A stretch of 28,330 nucleotides of DNA from Campylobacterota bacterium (lineage in GTDB: Bacteria > Campylobacterota > Campylobacteria > Campylobacterales > Arcobacteraceae), in NCBI GenBank assembly GCA_051746405.1, contig JBNJFB010000027.1, positions 1 through 28,330 of the forward strand. Reading direction: 5' to 3'. Below the pieces are notes generated by a model, which ran no database searches, had not been told where the DNA came from, and saw only the letters and a program-made list of their open reading frames with translations. This document shows, one piece after another, positions 1 to 6,381 of this stretch (its first letter is position 1; the number at the start of each line of letters is the position of its first letter). Both the position numbers and the translations under genes were made by a program.

Positions 1-99
1 GCAAGCCCTGTTCTTTTTAACCATTTTATAATAGCTGATGCAGTTGGGATATTTTTGATATTTAAACTTTGCTTTAAAGCCTTATCCATTTTTATTTCT
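1..99 (-). pseudogene. IS1380-family transposase, continuation downstream of the IS110 insertion (truncated by window edge)
   Basis: The minus strand translates as EIKMDKALKQSLNIKNIPTASAIIKWLKRTGL. Joined to the upstream part it gives GGRVLDDIKEIKMDKAL...IPTASAI, typical of IS1380 transposases. Confidence 0.8.
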
Positions 100-101
100 C
101 G

Positions 102-107
102 TATAAT
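102..107 (+). promoter_or_regulatory. -10 box (TATAAT) at IS110 left end; likely bridge RNA/transposase promoter completed at the circle junction
   Basis: Perfect TATAAT 2 nt inside the core, the same placement as in IS621-type elements. The circle junction would read ...TTTAAGCTATTCTTTATAGGATTG-CT-CGTATAAT. Confidence 0.65.
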
Positions 108-112
108 AAATT

Positions 113-362
113 TATCAAGTTACTAGATCATAAATGAGTAGTAATTTGATAATAATTTAGACTTTGGTAAAGTTCAAAATTGTTTTACCAACTTCTAAAA
201 CAACTTACAGTTAAAAAGTTGAATGACAGTCATTTTTCCTTATGAACTTGTATCTTCTTGAAAAGCATACTGCGTTTAACTAAAGTAACTTACATATAGG
301 ATGCAAAGATAGAATTTATTTCTAATCTTCTATCGTTACGAGGCTGTAAGAAACAGTTAAAC
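113..362 (+). ncRNA. IS110 bridge RNA (predicted)
   Basis: Hairpins at 112-152 and 164-191. Donor-binding loop is closed by GTTTAACT(274-281)/AGTTAAAC(355-362), CTTACA(289-294)/TGTAAG(345-350) and GATAGAA(308-314)/TTCTATC(328-334). Loop strands TATAGGATGC (295-304) match the right end, and TACGAG (337-342) is complementary to core plus left end (CTCGTA, 98-103). Confidence 0.75.
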
Positions 363-377
363 ATAAAAGGATCAGTC

Positions 378-1607
378 ATGTATTTCGTAGGTATAGATAT
401 AGCAAAAAGTTTCCATGTAGCAGCAGTGTTAGGAATTGACAGCGATAAAGTATTACATACTTTAAAATTCAACAATGATGAAGAAGGGTTTGAAAAACTA
501 TTTTTACTTCTATCATCTCTTGATGAAATATCAAACTTCACTGTTGCCATGGAAGCTACTGGGCTATTCTTTGAAAATCTCTATCTTTATTTAAAAGCAA
601 AAGGTTTTAAGGTAGTATTACTTAACCCATATCAGACAAATAGATTTAGAGAGATGGATACAATGAAGAAAGTTAAAAACGATAACATTGATGCACTAAT
701 GATTGCAGCTCTTATAAAATCAGGCAGATATTCTAAAGCCTATGTAAGTGAAGATTCATATCAAAGTATTAAATCTTTATATAGACATAAGTCTAGCTTA
801 CAAGATGAACTAAAGAAACATAAACGACAAATAAGCACATTACTTGCAGTTGTATTTCCTGAAATGGAGCAAGTAATAAAAGACCCATTTAATGTAACTG
901 GTCTTGCACTACTTGAAAAATATCCAACTGCAAAGCATTATCATCATGCCAGCGTTGATAGAATCTTAAAAACATTTAGAGGTATAAAAGGCAATAATTT
1001 CAATGAAACTAAAGCAACCAAGCTTTTAGAACTTGCTAAATCTTCTATTTATCAAGGCAATGGAGTTGATGAGCGAGCATTTGTAATTCTTTCACATATC
1101 AGACAAATCAGATTTATCAATAGTGAAATTGAACAATGTGAAACTCAAATGCTTGCTTTATTTAATCAACAACCAAAACTTGATTCAAATGAAGAGCAAG
1201 AAGTGATGAATATCATTGATAATCTAAGATCCATACCTGGAGTGTCAGATAAAACTATCTTTGCACTTATGAGTGAGTGTGGTGATCTCTCAAGATTTAC
1301 CAATCAAAACAGTTTTATAGGTTATCTTGGTCTTTATCCAACACTTGAACAATCAGGTAATAAAACAGTTCATGGACCAATTGCAAAGCGTGGAGCCAAG
1401 TTGGCAAAAAAAGCATTATATCAAGCTGCTATTGCAAGTGTTAGACATAACAAAGAGTTAAACAAACTCTTTCACGATAAGGTCTCATTAGGACGAGCCA
1501 AAAAAGAAGCTGTTGTTATCGTTGCTAGAAAACTAGCACATATTATTTTAGCCATATACAAAAACAATGTTGCATATAATCCAAATAGAGTGTTTGTTGC
1601 TTCATAA
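378..1607 (+). CDS. IS110-family transposase / bridge recombinase (409 aa)
   Basis: RuvC-like DEDD motifs GIDIAK, MEATG, KNDNIDA. C-terminal domain SIPGVS...YLGLYPTLEQSG carries the catalytic Ser, followed by VARKL. RBS AAAGGA at 366-371. Confidence 0.95.
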   Translation: MYFVGIDIAKSFHVAAVLGIDSDKVLHTLKFNNDEEGFEKLFLLLSSLDEISNFTVAMEATGLFFENLYLYLKAKGFKVVLLNPYQTNRFREMDTMKKVKNDNIDALMIAALIKSGRYSKAYVSEDSYQSIKSLYRHKSSLQDELKKHKRQISTLLAVVFPEMEQVIKDPFNVTGLALLEKYPTAKHYHHASVDRILKTFRGIKGNNFNETKATKLLELAKSSIYQGNGVDERAFVILSHIRQIRFINSEIEQCETQMLALFNQQPKLDSNEEQEVMNIIDNLRSIPGVSDKTIFALMSECGDLSRFTNQNSFIGYLGLYPTLEQSGNKTVHGPIAKRGAKLAKKALYQAAIASVRHNKELNKLFHDKVSLGRAKKEAVVIVARKLAHIILAIYKNNVAYNPNRVFVAS

Positions 1608-1888
1608 CTTTTATCATTCAACTATTTAACAATAAGTTGTAATAGAACTTGACAAAAACAATATTGAGATAAAAATCTCAACAATACCATTGTCAAACCA
1701 AACATTTTTCGTGTTTGATTATCAAAGCACTCTAGTAAATTCTAGACACTTACATCAAAATGAGTGCTTCAAAAATCAAATATTGGCAAGACATTTAGCT
1801 CTTGCAATGTTCTTTTAAAATTCAATGTTAATAAACTATTGTCTTTTTAAAAATTTCCTTTCAATTTAAGCTATTCTTTATAGGATTG
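1608..1888. other. Long structured right non-coding end of the IS110 element
   Basis: Stems TTGACAA(1649-1655)/TTGTCAA(1690-1696) enclosing TTGAGAT/ATCTCAA; GTGTTTGATT(1711-1720)/AATCAAATAT(1774-1783) enclosing AAGCACTC/GAGTGCTT; GCAAGA(1786-1791)/TCTTGC(1800-1805). Confidence 0.6.
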
Positions 1889-1890
1889 CT

Positions 1891-2117
1891 TTAATATCAT
1901 CTAATACTCTACCTCCACTATGAAGCATTAATACGAGTGGATATATAAAATCAAATGGATCGTAGCCTTTATGATTTAAAGGCAATGGTAAGTTATTATT
2001 GCAAAGTTTTTCTAATCCCAAACCCTTGAGATACTCACCTAAAATAATAGTTCCTGCTCTTGGTGTTAGCTTCTCAGAAGTTGTCGCTAAATCGAAATCT
2101 AAAATTGTTTGTGTCAT
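1891..2117 (-). pseudogene. IS1380-family transposase, 5' part (interrupted)
   Basis: ATG at 2117 with AAGGA RBS at 2125-2129. Reads MTQTILDFDL...LTPRAG...GGRVLDDIK. The ORF-track stop at 1878 lies inside the IS110 sequence. Confidence 0.82.
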
Positions 2118-2132
2118 AATACAATCCTTGGG

Positions 2133-2197
2133 AAAAAGTTGCACCTAATGGGTGAAAGTGTTAAGTGCAACTTTTTGCTTCTTTATACTGTATTATA
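2133..2197 (-). promoter_or_regulatory. IS1380 transposase promoter (-10 TATAAT at 2192-2197) and 5'-leader hairpin (2133-2176)
   Basis: AAAAAGTTGCACCTAA vs TTAAGTGCAACTTTTT form a 15/16 inverted repeat immediately upstream of the RBS. Confidence 0.55.
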
Positions 2198-2221
2198 GCC
2201 TTTCTTAGCTTTTTATTTAAA

Positions 2222-2240
2222 TCTTATGGAATTATTTGGG
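2222..2240 (-). repeat. Putative left terminal inverted repeat of IS1380 element
   Basis: CCCAAATAATTCCATAAGA on the minus strand. The partner end is outside the window, so length is not verifiable. Confidence 0.55.
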
Positions 2241-2261
2241 TATTATATCTTATTTTCTTTA

Positions 2262-2270
2262 TGATAAAAT
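2262..2270 (+). promoter_or_regulatory. Extended -10 promoter (TGaTAAAAT), probably giving a leaderless mRNA
   Basis: The -10 ends at 2270 and the ATG is at 2277. No Shine-Dalgarno sequence. Confidence 0.55.
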
Positions 2271-2276
2271 CCTAAA

Positions 2277-2798
2277 ATGAGAGAATACAAATCAAAATCA
2301 AAAGAAATAATACTAACAACAACTATAGAAACCCCTGTTGGTGAAATGTTTGCTGCTTGTACAAAAAAGGGTTTAGTTATGTTTACATACTTTACACCTT
2401 TTAATCTTGAAGCTAGAATCGATATTTTAAAGAAAAGCTTCGATGCTGATATCATCCCATCAAACTGTGATTTATTTGATAATCTAAGGGTTCAATTAAA
2501 AGAGTATTTTAATAAAAAAAGAGAAAGTTTTGATATACCTATGCAACTAGTTGGTTCAAACTTCCAAATTGAAATCTATAAAAAACTTTTGGAAGTACCT
2601 TATGGAAAAACTCAAACCTTAGAGCAGTTTTCAAACAACTTTGAGTATAAAGCAAAATCTCTAAAAAGTCCAATTGCACAAAATATGATACATATTTTAG
2701 TTCCTTGCCATAGAATAAAAGATATAGATGTTTATAGTGGTGGATTTGACAAAAAAAAGATACTAATAAATAGTGAGGTGAAAAATGAAATTAGTTAG
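2277..2798 (+). CDS. ogt: Methylated-DNA--protein-cysteine methyltransferase
   Basis: ETPVG N-terminal motif, GSNFQ..VPYG and active-site PCHR motif. Confidence 0.88.
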   Translation: MREYKSKSKEIILTTTIETPVGEMFAACTKKGLVMFTYFTPFNLEARIDILKKSFDADIIPSNCDLFDNLRVQLKEYFNKKRESFDIPMQLVGSNFQIEIYKKLLEVPYGKTQTLEQFSNNFEYKAKSLKSPIAQNMIHILVPCHRIKDIDVYSGGFDKKKILINSEVKNEIS

Positions 2799-3504
2799 TT
2801 TACAGATGAAAACAGGTGATAATTTTGATAAAAACTTAGCAAAACTAAAAGAGTTGATATCCTCTTGCGAGGATAACTCACTTATTTTAGCTCCTGAGGT
2901 TTGCTTATCAGGTTTTTGTTATGAAAAGATGGATGAAGCATCGAAATTTAGTATAAAAGCAATAGAACAGATAAAAGATTTAGCAATAAATAAAACTATT
3001 GCACTTACTTTTATAACTAAAAAAAATGGTAAGTACTATAATAGTTTGCATATTTTTCATAAACAAAAATCTATCCATCAACAAGATAAATATAAGCTAT
3101 TTGCTTTAGGAGCAGAGCCAGAACATTTTGCTTGTGGCAATAAGGAGGATATTAAGATTATTGATATAGATGGAATTAAAGTTGCTACATTAATCTGTTT
3201 TGAACTTAGATTTCCTATATTATGGGAAAAGGTAAAAGGTGCTGATATTATTTTAAACCCTTCAATGTGGGGTGTAAAAAGAAAAGACCACTTTGAGTCA
3301 ATATCTAAAGCTTTAGCTTTAGTAAATCAATGCTTTGTAATAGCAACAAATAGTGCAAATGACAATATGGCAAAAGGAAGTGCTATAATTTCACCTTTTG
3401 GAGATACTTTAAGAGATGATACAAAAGAGAAATTAGAACTAGATGCAAATTTAGATGAAGTACAAAAAGTTAGAAAATATATAGATATAGGATTAAATCA
3501 ATGA
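2785..3504 (+). CDS. Carbon-nitrogen hydrolase (nitrilase/omega-amidase family)
   Basis: Glu-Lys-Cys triad motifs APEVC, DKYKLF, ICFELRFP; GSAIISPFG. Confidence 0.9.
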   Translation: MKLVSLQMKTGDNFDKNLAKLKELISSCEDNSLILAPEVCLSGFCYEKMDEASKFSIKAIEQIKDLAINKTIALTFITKKNGKYYNSLHIFHKQKSIHQQDKYKLFALGAEPEHFACGNKEDIKIIDIDGIKVATLICFELRFPILWEKVKGADIILNPSMWGVKRKDHFESISKALALVNQCFVIATNSANDNMAKGSAIISPFGDTLRDDTKEKLELDANLDEVQKVRKYIDIGLNQ

Positions 3505-3950
3505 GTAAAATAGATTCAATAATTTTTGTTTGTTTAGGAAATATATGTAGGTCACCAATAGCTGAGGCAATTGCTCAAAAGTATGTAAAGCAGAATGATT
3601 TACATATAGAAGTAGCTAGTGCAGGTACAGGTAACTGGCATGAGGGTGAACCACCTTGCGAAAACTCTATAAAAGTGTGTATTCAAAATGGACTTGATAT
3701 AGCTCACCAAAGAGCTTCACAAATAAAAAAAGAAGATTTAGATAAATATGATGTTATTGTAGGACTTGATGATTCAAACATCGCAAACCTAAAAAAACTT
3801 GGCGCAAAAAATGTTTTAAAACTTGGAGATTTTGGTTATGAAGGAAAAGATGTTCCAGATCCATACTTTTTTGAAGGGTTTTTAGGTTTTGATAAAGTTT
3901 ATGAGATGATTAATATCTGCGTATTAAATCTTATGAATGAAAAGTGCTAA
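3501..3950 (+). CDS. Low-molecular-weight protein-tyrosine phosphatase
   Basis: P-loop VCLGNICRS and DPY motif. ATGA overlap with the previous gene. Confidence 0.93.
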   Translation: MSKIDSIIFVCLGNICRSPIAEAIAQKYVKQNDLHIEVASAGTGNWHEGEPPCENSIKVCIQNGLDIAHQRASQIKKEDLDKYDVIVGLDDSNIANLKKLGAKNVLKLGDFGYEGKDVPDPYFFEGFLGFDKVYEMINICVLNLMNEKC

Positions 3951-3970
3951 AAGTTAGACTAGTCTAACTT
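3951..3970. terminator. Palindrome between convergent genes (probable terminator)
   Basis: Perfect 20-bp palindrome AAGTTAGACTAGTCTAACTT overlapping the stop of the convergent gene. Confidence 0.5.
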
Positions 3971-4180
3971 CATAGCCTCTTTAATCTCTTCAAATGATAC
4001 ACCATTTCTTTTTGCCATAAGTCCCATATTTACAATTCTTACTATGTGACTTGGTATATTTTTATATGTTGTAAAAGTTGTGGCTTTTACACCTATGCTC
4101 TCTGCAAAACTCTTCTGTGAAGAGAAACCTATTTCTTTGATTGTCTTTTTAAATTCTCTTTTTTCCAACTTCATTTCCAA
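3959..4180 (-). CDS. Small XRE/Cro-like helix-turn-helix protein
   Basis: SQKSFAESIGVKATTFTTY resembles an XRE HTH. -10 TATAAT on the minus strand at 4209-4214. Start codon uncertain. Confidence 0.65.
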   Translation of the reverse strand: MEMKLEKREFKKTIKEIGFSSQKSFAESIGVKATTFTTYKNIPSHIVRIVNMGLMAKRNGVSFEEIKEAMKLD

Positions 4181-4254
4181 TTTTATAACTTGTTAAAAAT
4201 TTTTCGGAATTATAGTCTTAAAAGCTAAATACTAGATTAAATTTGTCTACAAAA

Positions 4255-4304
4255 CTATAAATTTATAGGAAAAATTTGACAAAAATATCTATTTTATATA
4301 TAAT
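4255..4304 (+). promoter_or_regulatory. Consensus sigma70 promoter with upstream palindrome
   Basis: TTGACA (4276-4281)-17 nt-TATAAT (4299-4304). Perfect palindrome CTATAAATTTATAG at 4255-4268. Confidence 0.75.
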
Positions 4305-4342
4305 TCCCGCCAGTTTAAGTTTAGGTAAAGGAGACCGATATA

Positions 4343-4840
4343 TTGAATTTTAGAGTAATTCTACTAATTACATTACTTGTAGGAAATATTTTTGCCTTTG
4401 AGTTTGACCCTTCTAATCTAAGTAAAGATGAAGTAAAAATGCTAAAACAGATAAAAAAAGAGGGTGCAAAGTATGGCCTTAGCTACTCATTAATGGCTAT
4501 TGCTATTAAAGAGTCATCAATAGGTAAATACCTTGTAAATGTAAATAGTAAAGACTTTGGTCTATACCAAGCAAATATTAAAACTGTTATTAACAGACAA
4601 AAAGTAAAAGATACTTCATGGAATAGAAATAAGCTTGCAATGAAACTAATTTCAAATTTTGAGTTTGCTACACAAAATGCAATTGCAGAATTAAAATACT
4701 GGAAAAAAGTTCATAAAAGTGATTGGCGTAGAGTTTGGGGTAGCTATAATGGTGGATGGAGTTATAACTCTAAAAGGGCTAGAAAATACTCTAGAGAGAT
4801 CGCTAGTATTGTAAGAAAGTTAAGACAAGCAAACGTATAA
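4343..4840 (+). CDS. Exported lytic transglycosylase (SLT-domain) protein
   Basis: Signal peptide; AIAIKESS (catalytic Glu), DFGLYQ and SYNGG motifs; AAGGAG RBS. Confidence 0.85.
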   Translation: MNFRVILLITLLVGNIFAFEFDPSNLSKDEVKMLKQIKKEGAKYGLSYSLMAIAIKESSIGKYLVNVNSKDFGLYQANIKTVINRQKVKDTSWNRNKLAMKLISNFEFATQNAIAELKYWKKVHKSDWRRVWGSYNGGWSYNSKRARKYSREIASIVRKLRQANV

Positions 4841-4866
4841 AAGTGTAACTTAGATGTTACGCTTTT
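4839..4866. terminator. Intrinsic terminator, probably bidirectional
   Basis: AAAAGTGTAAC...GTTACGCTTTT hairpin between convergent genes. Confidence 0.55.
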
Positions 4867-5365
4867 AGTTTACTTCTACCTCTTTATCTTCAACTTGTTG
4901 AGAGTAAACAGTCTCTTTTCCTGTCTCTAGGATTCTTGCTTGCTCAACCCATTGATATTTTTTAACACAGCCAGGTAACTGTAAGAACTCTTCAATCCAA
5001 TCACAATTTTTACTACTCCATCTTGAGATTTGGTCATAATGAAAAATTCCCAAAGCATTTAAATCCTCTTCAATTTTTACATTAATACCTTTAATCTTTT
5101 TTAGATTATCTTTACCTGATTGTCTAGGACTTGTTAGAATTAAAGGTTTATTATCTAGTCTAGAATTTTTCTTAAATATAGGGTTAACTTTAGATTTTTT
5201 AGCATTTGGAGTAAGATTACCTTCATCATCTATTGATTCTGTATTATCAACAGGAGGGCTATATGAACCACCAATGGCTTTACCAAGAAAAAATCCTATT
5301 AATATCCCAATAAAAACTGCTATAAGTAAATTTACTAAAATCAGTGAAGCCACTTCTACTATCAT
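4865..5365 (-). CDS. Membrane-anchored protein with helix-hairpin-helix-like domain (NuoE C-terminal-like)
   Basis: N-terminal TM helix; DNLKKIKGI...LNALGIFHYDQI..W...WVEQA pattern. Confidence 0.75.
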   Translation of the reverse strand: MIVEVASLILVNLLIAVFIGILIGFFLGKAIGGSYSPPVDNTESIDDEGNLTPNAKKSKVNPIFKKNSRLDNKPLILTSPRQSGKDNLKKIKGINVKIEEDLNALGIFHYDQISRWSSKNCDWIEEFLQLPGCVKKYQWVEQARILETGKETVYSQQVEDKEVEVN

Positions 5366-6168
5366 CTATTATCTCCTGTAATATTTATTTCAACTCTTCT
5401 ATTTTCTTTTGATAATCCATTTGCATCATCTTTTGCTATAGGAAACTTTTCTCCATAACCTACAGCTTCTAATCTATTTTTTACACCTAGATTTATTAAT
5501 GTCTGTTTTACACTATTTGCTCTATCTTGTGAAATTCTTTTATTTAAAGCATCTGCACCTCTTGAATCAGTGTGTCCTGCTACTTCAATATCTATTTTTT
5601 CATATTTTTTAAGAATATTTGCAATTTTTTTAACAGAGCTATATGAAGCATTGGTAATTTTTGTGCTTCTTCTTTGGAAAACTATTTTTTGCTCTTTAAG
5701 TATTTTATCAATACTTTTTTGTATCTCTCTTGTTGATACTTTTTCAATTTTTGGTTTTTTAGTTTCTTCTTTTTTATTTACTGGCTCTTGTTGTTTAACT
5801 TCTTGCTGTTTTATCTCTTTTGTAGATACTTCATCTTTTTGTACTTTTTCTTTATCTACTTTTTTTGGTTCAGGCTCTTTTTGAGTCTCTTCTTGAGTCT
5901 CTTTTGGCTTGGTAGGCTCTTTTTTATCTTCTATTTCTTGATTCTCATTGGAACTAAAAATCTTATTAAAATTTGTTAAAGCTAGTGTTTTTAAATCATC
6001 AAATATATTTGATATCTCTTGAGTTGGCAAACTTTTTATATTATCTTGTAACTCTATTTTAGTACTACTAGAGTTTTCAAATTTACTATAATCAAAATCT
6101 ATTAAGGTGTAAACAATTAAAAAAATAAATATAACTAGTAATAAAATAACTTTCTTACCTAAAGACAT
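5362..6168 (-). CDS. OmpA/MotB-like peptidoglycan-binding protein, membrane anchored
   Basis: N-terminal hydrophobic helix, charged linker, and GHTDSRG...N..ISQDRA...GYGE..P...NRRVEI motifs. Confidence 0.9.
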   Translation of the reverse strand: MSLGKKVILLLVIFIFLIVYTLIDFDYSKFENSSSTKIELQDNIKSLPTQEISNIFDDLKTLALTNFNKIFSSNENQEIEDKKEPTKPKETQEETQKEPEPKKVDKEKVQKDEVSTKEIKQQEVKQQEPVNKKEETKKPKIEKVSTREIQKSIDKILKEQKIVFQRRSTKITNASYSSVKKIANILKKYEKIDIEVAGHTDSRGADALNKRISQDRANSVKQTLINLGVKNRLEAVGYGEKFPIAKDDANGLSKENRRVEINITGDNR

Positions 6169-6308
6169 TACTCTCCCTAATATTGATATAAGTGAGTATA
6201 TAATAGTTAAAAATACCTAAAAAATAACTGTAATAAAGCTTCTTAGATATATTATTTTTTCTATTTATACAACTTTTTTTTAAATAACTTATAACTGAGG
6301 TGTTAAAA

Positions 6309-6350
6309 TTGATTAATATCAATGAATTAAATTTTTAATATACATATAAT
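6309..6350 (+). promoter_or_regulatory. Crp/Fnr-family (Fnr/Nss/HcpR-type) binding site and hcp promoter
   Basis: Perfect TTGAT-N4-ATCAA at 6309-6322 and TATAAT at 6345-6350. The box centre falls about -41.5 from the predicted TSS. Confidence 0.8.
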
Positions 6351-6381
6351 TTCAAAAATTTATACAAGATAAGGAATTATT

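Larger units (their letters stand above)
100..1890 (+). mobile_element. IS110-family insertion sequence (IS110 group), 1791 bp including one CT core
   Basis: DEDD transposase with long non-coding ends. CT occurs at both 98-99 and 1889-1890, and excision at CT restores the IS1380 frame. No terminal inverted repeats or target duplication seen. Confidence 0.88.
1..2240 (-). mobile_element. IS1380-family insertion sequence (left part; continues beyond window start), interrupted by an IS110 element
   Basis: The terminus at 2240 reads CCCAAATAATTCCATAAG on the minus strand, resembling IS1380-family ends (CC.GAATAATTCATAA-like, from recall). The transposase frame at 2117-1891 resumes in frame at 99-1 once 1791 bp are removed. 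Confidence 0.8.

Noticed and set aside
290..550. Minus-strand 86-aa ORF (and similar shadow ORFs at 2243-2455, 5570-5979, 14140-14364, 16227-16517, 20721-21038, 25199-25864, 26181-26682)
   Set aside because: Antisense to well-supported genes, with no RBS or recognisable motifs.
1649..1680. TTGACA as a promoter -35
   Set aside because: No -10 at suitable spacing; the hexamer is part of a hairpin stem.
100..1890. Classification as IS1111 subgroup
   Set aside because: No subterminal inverted repeats between the ends, and donor-matching guides are in the left end.
1878..2144. 88-aa ORF as an independent gene
   Set aside because: It is the 5' part of the interrupted IS1380 transposase. The stop comes from the IS110 end and the RBS points to ATG 2117.
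5760..5945. Short repeats in the OmpA linker (KETQEETQKE, KQQE)
   Set aside because: Low-complexity coding linker, not a repeat array.
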